A stretch of 64,000 nucleotides of DNA, from positions 2,161,324 through 2,225,323 of the forward strand of contig OZ316891.1 in the NCBI GenBank assembly GCA_973895155.1, given 5' to 3'. Below are positions 1-12,835 of the stretch, piece by piece. The notes beneath the pieces are model-generated. The model had not been told where the DNA came from, searched no databases, and saw nothing but the letters and a program-made list of their open reading frames with translations. This DNA comes from Marsupella aquatica. Taxonomy: Eukaryota; Plantae; Marchantiophyta. Position 1 is the first letter of the stretch. Each line of letters opens with the position of its first letter. The position numbers were made by a program, and so were the translations under genes.

Positions 1-1986
1 AGAGAATAAAAAGAAGAAAAGGAGCCCCATGTTTTGTAACGCCACCCTACTCTATCAATGATCACACCCACCGTCTCCACGTTTGCTCCCCCACCTTCAC
101 TAAAGAAACTTATGCTTAAATGACCCCTGGACATGTTGGATTATGTTCAGAGGTTAGTACCTTGCAACAAGAGAGTCTTCCAATCAAACCCTTGTTGGTG
201 TTCTTCATCCAAAATGCCCCTACGGACTGGGTTGTTGGGATTGACATCCACCAGCAACCAATAGAATATCGCTCTGCAAATCTTCCTAAACAATGATGAT
301 ACTTTTGGGGGTCCACAGTCTAGAGTGAAGCCTCGAGAGTGTAACTTTGTGCCAGCACTGAAGTTGGGGTGGGAGTGGAAAATTAGTGGCTTGAATGCAG
401 TCCTCACTCGACTAGTCGACTGACGTTCAAAGAAGGGGCGCTAAGCCTACTGTAGTTTATAGTAATCTTGGAAATTGTGTTCAAGGTCAGAGTAAACTTT
501 ACTTTGACTCCTGAATTGAGGCCTCCCTAGAGTCCCAATACAGCCACGTCTATCCATCTATCTACACAATTTGTTCATTGTGATTGAAACCTAATATATT
601 TGTCGTCTATCTATCCAGTCCTTAATAGAGTCTTTATTAGTTTGCACTGTGGTCCGTGTGGAGTGAATGTGGATCCCTTTTTAGCACATGACCCTCATAC
701 TCTACAATGCTACGGGACCACACCAACAAGTACAAGCTACCAACCAATGCTTCAACCCTAAAGCACCCCCACAAGAGTCTAGTCTAAGACAGGATATGTG
801 CTGGAATGTGCTGTGGTAGTTTCCTTTGCTGTTAACGACTCGGACCGAATCATCATCTGAGAGGCCAATTTTTAAAATATTCTAGGTTCCTACCCATGGA
901 TAGCTTGGCTTACTACTAGGGGACTAATGAACGGTAACTACTGTACCTATATCTTGGCTATCTGGCTATTTTGGCAGTATTTAGTCTGTGCTAATAAGTA
1001 GCCACAGACTCTTATTGGTCCTAATCTTGTGCCAAGTGCCACTATTTACTGCCACATTCAGATACAAGAGTATGACACTACCTGACGGATGGTGTAGTGA
1101 GTGTCACTCAAAGTCGTTGTAGTCACTTCAAAAATATAGAATATAAAAAGTTGTTGTCACTTGCAACATAACTCTGGCGACACAAATAGATTTTGGGAGA
1201 CACTAACCATACTGTAAAGAGTATACTTTATTCTTGGCATTTGGATTTAGTGAAATCATTACCCACTCAACGAAATCAGACAAGATTGCAGTACTTTACT
1301 TAGGCCTTAGGGACATCAAATTTTATCTTTTGTATATTGCTTGATTTTATGGTTTGTTGCATCTTTATGAAAATTAGAGCCAGCTCTAAACTTGTCCTTC
1401 TCTCTTCCTCTGTTCCTCAGGATATGTTCGTTAAAGGGAAACTTTTTGCATGCTCGGGATATGGGTTTGTCCTTTCCCCTGTTGGTATCTTTTGGCACTA
1501 GCGTCCTTGGCTCATTTTATTTAGCTCCCTTCACCAAAGCTTTTCGTCCTCTTCCCAAGCCAAAAGTAGGCCCGAAAGTAGGTGACTAAACTTGTGTTTT
1601 CACGACCATACATTGCACAAAGTAGTCACTACAGAAAATTCTCAAAAGAAACATTGCACTTTGTTTGGCCCTTTCTGTAAAACTTTTGTCCGCTTTTTGG
1701 TTGCACTTGGAAAGAAAAACAAGGACGTTATATTTACAAATAGGGCCAAACAAAGTACAATGAAAGGACATCGAAAAGGGGTCCAAAGGGGACAAATACG
1801 AAACTCAAAATAAGTGAGCAAAAGGAAACCCCAAAACACTAGAAAATTAAGAGGAAAAGAAAGGATATTTGAAAGAAGGCATGAGTTGAAGATAGAGAGG
1901 AGAAGTCAATTTTGCACGAAGGGGAGTCAGAGACAACAGGAGTAACATAGAGACGAAAGGTGAAACTAGCATGGACAAGGGCAAAA

Positions 1987-2107
1987 GGGGTCATCCAATA
2001 AAATTGGAACGATACAAAGAACTAAAGAAGATTAGCTTGGCCCCTGTGCAAGGACGACATCCACAAATAGAGAAATGGTCCAAATTTATTAAAAATAAAA
2101 AATAAAA
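1987..2107 (+). pseudogene. U6: Retroposed U6 snRNA pseudogene (5'-truncated, A-rich tail)
   Basis: GGGGTCATCCAATAAAATTGGAACGATAC...AGAAGATTAGCTTGGCCCCTGTGCAAGGACGACATCCACAAATAGAGAAATGGTCCAAATTT follows plant U6. The ACAGAGA box is altered and has an ~8-nt insertion. A-rich tail at 2088-2107; ATGGACAAG direct repeat at 1971 and 2107. Confidence 0.9.
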
Positions 2108-2489
2108 TGGACAAGAGTTCAAAGAGAAGGCACAAGTTGTGAAAATGGGCAGGAGAGTGGATGACGCCAGCCTAGAACTTGGACAACGTGTGGTATGTTG
2201 TTATACCCTTCCAACATCATAACTTTGGACACAATCCAGGCTCAGCTTGGGGTTGATGATGTAAAAATGACTCCATATTTTTCCACCCCCAAGAGGGACC
2301 ATAAGTAGGAAGCTGAGCTCGAAGCTGAGACATCTTAAAGATTGCATGTCATCTGGACCATGGGTGAATTGACAAGCATTGCAATGCCATGTCTAAGTCT
2401 AAGGGAACAACGTATACTAACGTCTTCTACTATTGCATTTAGTGTAGTAATGCGAGATGAGATCTCACATAATTTCAGTCATAGTGGCA

Positions 2490-3467
2490 GGAGGGATATG
2501 CTTAATAGACTCACTCCTGGAGATAGTTTGCTTGATCAGCCCCCTGGAAACATTTTTGCCCCAATCAACCCCCTCTTTATGATCCATAACCTTTGTTCTT
2601 CTATAATTTATTATAAAGAGAGTTTTTGCCTTACAAAGACCAAATTGGGTCACTTGTCATTGTAGCCATTTCAACCACGAACCATGCTCAGAATCATAGT
2701 GACTGAGCGTTGTCAAGCCGCAACTGTTCCCGGGCCCTCGCCCGGACCGCAAACTGAACTGTAGGCGTTGAATGTTTGCGCCGCTTATACATCGACATCA
2801 TTCCACATTTTTTTGATATCCTCCCATTCTGTTTTTCTTGCCCACGCTTGAACGGTGACGACTTCTCAGCGGCTTTTCATGAGGGGCATGGTTCCCATGT
2901 ACAACTGAAGTGAGGTTTAAGGAATGGGAGGATATAAAAAACCCTAAATACCCCTTCATATGGAGAGTTTCTATAAATTAATTGGTAATGTCCGATCATG
3001 ATTCAGTCATGATTGATATGAATGCACTCAGCAAAAACCAGGGCTAGCTATAAAGTAGTAAGACAATCACATGAAAGGATAATAAAAAAATCTGGATATC
3101 AAAAAAATGTTGAATGATGTCTATAAAGCAAAGACATTCATGTCAATGTCTTTGCATGAGAATAACCCTAATGTTGATGTATAAGCGGCGCAAACGTTCA
3201 ACGCCTACAGTTCAGTTTGTGGCCCGGGAATGGTTGCGGCTTGAAAACGCTCGGTCACTGTGATTCTGAGCATGGTTCGTGGTTGAAATGACTACAGTGA
3301 CAAGTGATCCAATTTTGTCTTTGTAAGGCAAAAACTCACTTTATAAGAACTTTTAGAAGAACAAAAGGTACGGATCATAAAGAGGAGGTCGATTGGGGCA
3401 AAAATGTTTCCAGGGGGCTGATCAAGAAAACTATCACCAGGAGAGGGTCTATTGAGCATATCCCTCC
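2490..3467. repeat. Long inverted repeat (fold-back), ~330-370-bp arms and ~270-bp spacer
   Basis: 2490-2821 is the reverse complement of 3094-3467 (e.g. CAGCCCCCTGGAAACATTTTTGCCCCAATC vs GATTGGGGCAAAAATGTTTCCAGGGGGCTG). ORF-track peptides on opposite strands mirror each other (DQPPGNIFAPI). Confidence 0.9.
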
Positions 3468-6400
3468 AGTGGCAGTCTGGACAACCTCTACAAGGTGACC
3501 TAGCGCTGGTACGTGAGGAGGGGAACAAGTGACTACAGTGAGGGCAGGCGTAGGAAAAGTCATGACCAGCGGCATATGTCCACTGCCAGACCATGGCTCC
3601 CAAAGAGTAGGGCTGAAACCAATTTGCAAAAGATCTTCAGGGATTTGCAATATGTTTTCTCCCACTTTGTCGGGATGGGAAGGCCATGCATGACTTTGAG
3701 TGTCAAGGGGGAAACTACGAGATGTATGACAAGATTTTTGCAGTAGGGCGTCTCAATACTTGGCCATACTTGCTTGGATAATGTCTTCCCCCCTTAACTC
3801 AAGACTTACAGAAACTCCTGTAAAAGTTATTGGAGACTATCTTTGGCTACCGTAAGGAAAACCAGCGGGCTCAAAACTTCACCAGTAACCTTTACAAATT
3901 TCTTGTAACTTGCAGGACAAATCTAAATATCCAGAAATCCGGAAAGCAGCAATTGAACCCACATGACCTTTGCTCCTTATTTAATGATGGTGTTTCACCG
4001 AGAATGAAAGAAACAACATAATATGCTATGAGACTAAGGTGAGGCTGTAACTCCTGCCTTATCAGGTGGGTCAATGCTACCTTCTCCCATATTTAAAATT
4101 CCTTAGCAGGGTCCTATAACTAGAGTTACAAGATAGATCATAAATTTGTAACCTTCAGCACGTCCTAGCTTTGAGATGCATTAGTAAGGACACAGATTTC
4201 TGAAGAACATGAACTCCAGTGACATTGCAAATCTTCCCATAGGTGCAGGAAGTGAGTAGGTCCAGAAGGAGTGAATGTGATAATCCCACACAAAGAGTTG
4301 ATTGTCAAGATCTTCAAACTTATTTAGGATATCCACACATGAGGGCTGGCAAGATTGGCTTCTCTGCTAGGTACACATTTATAGACTTTGCCGATGGTTG
4401 TTTTAATTTTTCCAACCAAAAAGTTTTCAGTGATACTTAGCCAAAACATATCTTCTGGACTTGTTTCAACACACACCACACTTTCCAGCCTCAAATAAAA
4501 TGCACCTCAAATAAAAAGTTGTTTAGACTACAGTGTCTGGAATTTTGTATTTTGCCCCATTTGCCAAAAGTGCCACGGTATTGTTCAGGCCCAGAGTTTT
4601 TGGCAGGTGTAACTTTTTGCTCTGGGCGCCAATTTTTAACAATTCTTTTGTTCGAGCTAAACTAAGAGTAGTCTATTGCGAAGGATTAAAAAAGTGATGC
4701 CGTAGGTCTCAAGTTTGGGAGCTCAAAACTAAGAGAGAAAAAACAAATCATTGTACCAACTATCTTTGACTTGTTGCCACCTAGATATGTACATATGACG
4801 TATAGATGTACCGTCTCTGCCAAATTTGTGCGAGTCGTGAAAGAATCATACCGAACACATTTCAGTGTATCTTGTTTCTTGGATTTGTCTAACATGTGAC
4901 TTTGTGGGGTACTGTACTTTTGAGAACATGAATATTTGCTGGCACCTATATCATGTACATAATTCTTATGTAGGTTGTGATGGTGTCAGTGTTCCTGCTC
5001 GAATCTAAGGCATTCAAACCTTTCGTAAATTCACAATGACAGCGTTTTTGTACAAACCAACCTCACACTATGTTGCATCAGCCATTTAGTGCGCCAATAG
5101 TGGTGGGTCAAGGAAATTGTTTGGCCATGCTCCTGATAACTTTAGAGACTTTAAACTACCGGCAACTACAGTAGTATTTCCAGTTGGTGCATCCCTTCCG
5201 GTTGGTGCATCCCTTCTACTGTTCACACACTTTTTCAGAGCACCTTTGTTGTGAGATGGGCGGAATGGCATAGTAAGTGATCGAACAGCACCTAGGGCTG
5301 AAAATGCGAGCGCTGAGTGACCCTGCAGCAGCACAAAGGTTGGGGGCAGGGAAGGCAAGTGCTTGCAAAAGCATGGTCAATTGGGTGGTGGTTCTCCAAG
5401 TTGAAAGTGATTCATGGAGTTCCATCATGTACTCACTTGTCGTTGTCTTTGCCGAGTTTCTTTCTTTCTGATTTGGTTTGTTTGGGAAAGAAGTTGACAG
5501 GCCGGGGAGCACACCTTTTTTGTTTGAAAAGACAATAGTTCCCCACAGAATTCAAACTACCATTGCAATGAAGACCAGCAGTGAAAAGAGAAAGTAAACT
5601 CAAAGGGCCAAGGCACACATCAACCAAAATTAGCCAGATTCCACCTCCTCATAAATCCTTGACCACTTCTTTTTGGGTCTCATTAGCTACAATAGGTAGT
5701 TTCACATCACACCAAAGGGTCCATTAGTAACAACTTGATGGTTCTCATTGAATCTACTAAGTTTACACAAGGAATATTCTAAGCATCTACGGCTGACACA
5801 AGTTACCATTTGTCATTGTGTAAGTAAAGCACTCTCAAGACCTACCTCATACTTTGCTCTCAACTTCATGGTTTCATCAACAGCTCATTCTTCCTATTTC
5901 TCTGGGGATTTTGGGTTACTTCCATTGAGAGCATCGCACATTTGACATTTTTGGGAGCTTGGCTGCCATCTCATTGCTGGCTGATCACTAGCTACAGGTT
6001 GCATTTCTAAAAACTTTTGTCTCTTATGGAGGTTGAGGCGGGTTCCCTTCCATTTCAGGTTCATTTGCAAGAGGTGCGATCATCACTATATTCAGATCCC
6101 ATATATGAACTACATTGCCTTTATTTCAGGAGTTTTTATCCTTGGACCCTATTAGTCTTCAGGCTAACCTTGCTAGGCATATGCATGCTTTCACCCTCTC
6201 TAGCATCCTCGCCAAAACACCTGAAATGGACTGAGCTTGGATTCTTTCGTCTGGAGGGAAGGGTGCAGGAAGGTGGCTTTCGGCCAATCCTACCATTCCT
6301 CAAATGTCTGCAGAGGAGTTCTCAACAGCCATGCATCTTCATATGCTTGATGGTAGGTGACTTGAGTCATTGCTTGATTCAAAAACTCTGCAAACAAGAT

Positions 6401-9400
6401 GGACAAAGGATTTGAAAACTCTTCAATCCATATTGGCTACATTCTTTGATCGAGCTCACCGGACCCCCACTATCTCTTTGGACCACGCATTTTTGTTAGC
6501 GTATTTCAGTGACATTATAGTGTCATCAACGATGCCTGGGAAATCTATCGTGAATCTCTCATAGTGAGTGCTAGTGTGCCTCCGCTGAGGCTTGCCCCCC
6601 GAGTGAACATTCCTGTCCCACGTGCCAATTTAGTGTTGACCCTTGATGTGGACCATTAGCTTTTGCTACATTTGCTAAGTTTGATAAGGGCATCAGTCTA
6701 TTTAACTTGGTTTTATTTCCTTTTTCTCATCTTTTTGTTGGGTTTTTGGGGTTTGCTTTTGCTCAGTTCTTTTGAGTTTGGTTTTTTTCCGGGTTGGACC
6801 TCTATAGTTTATATTTCATTGTACTTTTTTTGACCTTTCTTTAAAATATTTGTCAGCTTGTTCTATTCAGGGTTATTGTGAAATAGAATGTAGCCTCTAG
6901 ACCCTGACTCTAAGGGGGTAAGTGAAATAGATACAGAAAACAATAATGAGACACAGGAAATTATGATAAAGATTTTTTTTACTCATTTCTATTTACATTC
7001 AAGACATCTGTAGTCAGGTTAGTTATGGCAATCACTAAATCGTTAAAGATTACTATAATTATTATATGCCAAGTCACTGTTTAAGCTACCGTTAATTTAA
7101 GGTCGATACACTGTAGAACGGGCCGTGAGTATTCATGATCGAGTTCCCATGACCCTGGGACTTGGCTCGTTAGCTCTGGAGCATTCATAACCTACCTGTT
7201 GAGGTTTCATGACCCATGATGTTTTACGACATCAATGTACATTTGAACATTGGTGGAATTAATTAACGTTCCATAACTGCTTACTGGACATGTCAGATAT
7301 GTGTTCCGTGTTCACCGTATTTTGTTGGGAATTAAGGTAACCACTCTCACCTCTTAACAACTCTTGCATTACACACGTGGAATTGTTAGGTTTTCTTGAT
7401 TTTGGTGACATAGCATGATCATTTTGAAGGGTGATCATAAGAGCACTCGCTAGGTTATTTTGTGATATTACTATTTATCATTAGATTTCCTTGCATTTAA
7501 GGATAATTATTTGGGGTCTCACCAACTACATACAAATTGACAAAGTTTTGTCACATTTGGCATAACTTTTCAAATGGAATTGCAAATGTTTGTCACTAGA
7601 GAGATCCACAAGTTAGAAGGACAAAGCCAGCCAAGAGTGATTGACAATCACAATTGGCTCTCTCACTTTTGTGATCTCTTTGCAGCTGCTCTGGCAATTA
7701 CACTTTAACTATTCATGTGGCTGGATATTACTGGTTACTGTGAAAAGTACGCCTAGTGGGGAACCATAAGCCACCTGCAGGACTCCGGATGTGAGGGCGC
7801 CTCACCAGCTAGCTAATTTAAAAAAAAAAATTGGAAGGAAAAGAAGCATGACTCAGGAAACCAGCTAGCTAAATATTGACTCTTTGATGTACAATAATGG
7901 GAGTGCTCTAGTGGTTGGCCTGAATAAGGTGGTAAAATTTATGTGTCAATTTGTATATCAAAATGTGATAAAATATAGTGTATTGTATCATTTTATACTA
8001 TGATAAATACAATTATTTTCTTTGAATCATTTAATGTTGATATTAATACATGGATCAAGTGTTAATTTGTGACGTGCAATTACCATAACAACTAGAAATT
8101 GTACAAAGACCCTGCTGGCCTGCTGGCCTTGACCGTGTAGAATTGTAGATGGACCCCACAGACTTATGGTATTCATCATATAATAAGATACCAGCCCTCC
8201 ATAGTCCATATCGTATTTTAATCAAAAAACAACGGTGCAGCATCTTGATGAAGAAACTGACACATCCGTGCAGAAATTATGGGTCTCTCCAACAATAATC
8301 ATGACCGGTCGATTCCCGGATAAACGTCAGCGGTCAATGGTTTTGAGCCTTTGAGGCACAGAGTTTTGTCTGTAATTATTTAATAACTACTATTTAGGGA
8401 ATACTGTCTGTACGTATTACACTACACAAATACTGTATGCCGTCTTGCAATATTCCGAATGGCGTCTATATGCTTTTGTCGGTATTTGTATTGTCTGTCT
8501 TTGTGACGAGAATGTTTCTCTGTAAGATTCTGCATGTTTTGGGCAGCTCGGGCAGCTACGGCTGTGGCCCGTGGGTGAAAAGAAAATCTAACGACATGGG
8601 CAAGGTCAGTATGAAGAAGTTACCCTGGTGACAATATTTTGGGTGAAGCTACACAATTTATTGTCCCTTTTGTTTGGTCGCCTGCTTTTGGGATCTTATT
8701 TCTTACAGTAGTTATTTTTGGGGTGACTTTACAAGAGCTTGTGAGTAGTTTGAGTGGTTTCTTTCACAAAAGCTAATCTTTTTGGCCCTTTAACGATAAA
8801 GAATATATGTGTACACGGCTAAAGGAGTTTGGAATGATCTTCTGCCCCCATATGTCTATACCTGTAGCAAACGGTATTAGAATAATTTGATAGAGGACAA
8901 GTTGGGGACCCACTCCACCTAAAAGTCATACAGTTGTTTGGCTACGGCCCTTCCGCTAGGACATCTGGGAGGGCATACCGTGCCACTTTTAAGGCTCAAA
9001 ATAGGAATGGACCAAGCCGCCACATGAAGAGACTTCCACGAGAGGTGGTCTATATATAGTCTTAGACTAAAATGTGCTTCACATAAGCAAAATTGGGGGC
9101 CCACTCCATTCCATGTAGGATGGGCAAGAGTTTAGAAGGAAATGACTCCAAGCACCTAGCAACTGTTTCTCCCCAATGGATGGCTGCTATCACATTTTGG
9201 ATGGCAAAAACATTGAAAGTGCTCCAGCTTCTTGTAAAGCCACCCTTAGCTAGGGCCGTGGGGTCTCTGTTTTTAGTCTGGGGCCAAGTAAGGAGAGGTG
9301 ACAAGTCACTTGTGATAGTGCCAGGTTAGCACAGGGCACATGTCATTGTGAGGAGATTTGAGGAACATTTTTGAATAAGAAATGCATGGCTTCCACCCAA

Positions 9401-9594
9401 ATCAAAAAGTGTAGATGGAGATCAAAGTCCATGCTCTTACAACCTACCCTTTTTCGAGAGAGATAAAATGCCTTCACAGAAGAAAAAGGAAAAAATAGAT
9501 GAGAAAAAATGCATCCTTATGAGTCTTATTTTGTATTTTAATTTGATCAAGGTTGTGGGTATCATGTGCATACACATTGTGACACAACATACAT

Positions 9595-9726
9595 CGCTTG
9601 TCACACACTACCATACATAGGCACCACCAACATAAGCAAATGAGATACAAATGAAACTCTCGCTTGTCACACACTACCATACATAGGCACCACCAACATA
9701 AACAAATGAGATACAAGTGAAACTCA
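9595..9726. repeat. 66-bp tandem duplication
   Basis: CGCTTGTCACACACTACCATACATAGGCACCACCAACATAA...TGAAACTC occurs twice head to tail. Confidence 0.9.
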
Positions 9727-10531
9727 TGTCTGTACACACATGTCCAAAATTCACAATAATATTCATAAGAGTTGATTAGTGATTGTAGTCAACAATACAC
9801 AATTGATCTGATGACACAAAAATGTTGAGCCAAATGCACCTTGCGCTTCAAGGAATCCACATTACATACACACAACCTAGTTGACCACACCATAGCCGCC
9901 GACGCTCATGTTAGAAGGCTTAACATTGAAAGATGAGCTTTCAAGCCACCACAAAGGGATAATTATTCAACTAAACATGTGATCTGGGGTTTCTGTGACC
10001 AGGAAGTGAACAAAATCTGACCGGCAGCAGCAGCCGTGATACTTTTATGAACTGTCCTGCCTAGACATCCATTGTAGTATGTAATTATTGTCCAGAAATG
10101 TTTTACTTGTGGGTAAGAGATTGAGAATACCCAAACCCTCCCAAAATTGGTAACACACCCGTAACCTATCTGTACATAAATTATGCAACTCACACCATTT
10201 GCAAACTGTATACCATCTACGTATTTGCCTAGTCACATTTAGCACAACTGTAAAAATGCAAAATTATGCACCTCACACCCCAAATTGTACCCCAGCTGCC
10301 TGTTTGCCATTCAACACAACATTAAAAATGAAAATGCTTTTACGCCCCGTTACCGTTCCTGCCCAAAGCGTTACCCTACACGTATAGAGTGCCGAGGTGA
10401 TCAAAATTCCCAGAGAGCCAACGGTCCCCGCCCACGGCGTCCTGTCCCCAGTAAGCTGCCCACCGTCGGCCCTGCCCCACCGCAGGGCCACCCCGTCTCG
10501 TGGCTCCTTTCCACCCTGCGCTGATGGCAGA

Positions 10532-10586
10532 CCATGCCAGGCCAAGCCATGCCAGGCCAGGCCAGGCCAGGCCAAGCCAGGCCAGG
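10532..10586. repeat. (GCCAG/GCCAA/GCCAT)n pentamer microsatellite upstream of HMA gene 1
   Basis: About 11 pentamer units read directly. Confidence 0.9.
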
Positions 10587-11903
10587 ACAGCCCGCAATCT
10601 TTGCTGGCTCTCTCGTTGGCTCCCTCGGTTCCGGTTGCATGCGAGAACCGGAGCGCAAGCGCGTTGGGCTTGACTTGAAGAATTTATTGAAGAGAAATTG
10701 TGTGGCAGAGAGACTGCTCATTTCTCGCAGTCGGCCTCGATTCGCGAGCTGATGGAAGTTCCTTTCTTTGGCTTCTTTTTGCATCGGGATTCGATAGGAG
10801 TGATCTTCTGGGAGCTGTGATTATTATTAAATCCTTATTTTCCCGAACTACCACGATAGAGCAGAAATCCTGATCCAAGGGGTGGTGTCTTCCTGCCCAC
10901 TTCGGAAGGCAGCTAATTGGAGAAAGAGGGCTGACAAGTGACTACACTACTACTGGCTCGTCTTTCGGCAATCCCCCCTCTTTTTCGCCATTACGATACC
11001 ACTTTGGGAAGCTCGTTGATCAATATCACTCTCTCTAAAGATTGACTCACGGTAGGGGTACTTTTAGTCTTCTGTCTGCATTCTGTGCAAGCTCGAGGCA
11101 ACTACCGTTTACTTCTGTGCTTCGGGTCTGACACCAATGTCGATCCCTCATATGGAGGTGAGTATCGCAATTAAAGAAAACTGCAGCTCATCACTCGTTT
11201 TGGGGGTTGCCATTGGTGGTTCTTCTGCATGTTCCCTGTTCTACAGTCGTTAATGCAACTGTAGAGCTGAGGACCTTCAGCTTGGCTTGTGTATTTGTGT
11301 CATTGTGGTACTGTGAAGAAGTTGGGTTGGGCTTGAGTTTACATTTGGGGTGCATGACCGGTGGAGTTTCTGCTGCCTGCATGCCTGCCTATAAAGTTAG
11401 CAGGACATGTGTTGAGATCGAGGGTTTGACTGTAGCAATTGAATGAAACGGTTTGACACGTATGTCAGTAAAGCCCTTGGACAGGTTTGGGTACTTCTGA
11501 CCATTAGCGCAAGTTGGGCTTCGGTTGGAATTATTCTGTTCACCTAGTAATACGACTATTTTGGAGCTTTTCCTCCTGGTCTTGCGGCCCGCAGCTCTAC
11601 CCTCCCCCCACTCTGGCTAACCCTGCCCTGGGGTGCTTGTGATTAGTCCTTTCCTTTTTCGTGTTCACGCTCAATTGCTCCGTTCGCAGCACATTTGCTT
11701 TCTCTCAGTTTTTCTCTGCAGCCCTCCTTTTCTCTCTACACGTTTTGCTTTCTATCTCGCCTTTTCCCGGGCCTCTCGCTTTCTCTCTCCTACTCATGCA
11801 TCTCCAGCGCGAACTGGATTTAGACTTCTGCTCGAACTTGTATCCATTGCTCTGAGTCGACTCCAGCTTTCTGGGTGTTCTTTCCCCTTGCTGACATAGG
11901 AGT

Positions 11904-12835
11904 ATGGCTCAACCTGTGCAGCTGTTCTACGAAGGGTACGACCCGACGTGGGTGTTGGGCAGGGACAAAGGGCCTCCAGTCGAAACCAAGCCGAAGCCAC
12001 CTGCACCTAAGGAAGAGAAGAAGCCAGTAAATACTATCCCGACCCAAATTGCATGACGAGCTTCTTTTTCTCGTTTGATGTGAGTAGTAGAGGAGGTAGA
12101 TGTGATTGGATTCAACAAGCCGTTGTGCATTGCTTTCTGGTTTAGTGTTCCTATCTATCCCATTCGAGCTTTGTGTGAAGTGTCTTTCGTTGGTTGTCCT
12201 TGATCGTGAATCTCACCGAATGGTTCGTCAAAATCTGTCACAGCCGGGTCCCATCGAATTGAAGGTGCCTTTCTGCTGTGAAGGATGCCAGAAGAATATT
12301 CAGTCTGCTCTGATTGAACTGGAAGGTTTGTGATGTTGCGACTTTTTCCATTGCTCCAGGACTAATTAGTTATTCCCTGCTCGGCTACTAATTTTGTTCA
12401 CTCGGAATGTTTGGTCAGTTGCAATACGTGAGTCTGATGATGTATTACAGGAAACACGAGGTTACCAACCCCTGTGTGAAAACTTTCTCTGGTTTTTTGC
12501 GGCTGAATGTCGAGAGTAAAATTTGTTGATGAACAGTCCAGAGCGTTTCAGTGATGTGGCGTGAGGTTTTAGGACCCCCCTGTCAAGTCAGGAAGGCGGA
12601 CGGTACTGGCCCTCTTCCCGTTATGGAATTTAATGGAGAGCTTGATGGTGCGATTGCAGGCGTGGATTCATTGAGATTGGATCCTGACGCCGAGAAGGTG
12701 ACCATCACAGGGAAGGTGAAGCCGGAGGATGCGCTGAAAGAAGCCAGGAAGGTTGTGAAGCGGTCTGACTTCTGGCCCAAGAAAAAGGAGGAAGGAAAGA
12801 AAGACGAAGGAAAGAAGGACGACAAGAAAAAGTAA
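11904..12835 (+). CDS. Heavy-metal-associated (HMA) domain protein, HPP type (no CaaX), ~126 aa
   Basis: Exons 11904-12026, 12244-12325 and 12660-12835 with GT-AG introns and consistent phases (0, 1). Protein MAQPVQLFYEGYDPTW...PGPIELKVPFCCEGCQKNIQSALIELEGVDSLRLDPDAEKVTITGKVKPEDALKEARKV...KKDDKKK. A likely 5'UTR exon ends at 11157 (GTGAGT donor). Confidence 0.85.

Larger units (their letters stand above)
1742..6836. mobile_element. Possible decayed ~5-kb TIR element (unclassified)
   Basis: 1742-1865 and 6718-6836 are degenerate inverted copies (GGGGTTTxCTTTTGCTCAxTTxTTTTGAGTTT...TTTCATTGTACTTT). The interior has only broken reading frames; no TSD or transposase motif recognised. Confidence 0.35.

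Noticed and set aside
35-1100. Possible LTR beginning TGTAACGCCACCC after a purine-rich tract
   Set aside because: No matching CA end with TSD or second copy could be identified.
10273-10784. Several overlapping ORFs with WPGLA/PGQAR repeats
   Set aside because: Artefacts of the GC-rich pentamer microsatellite.
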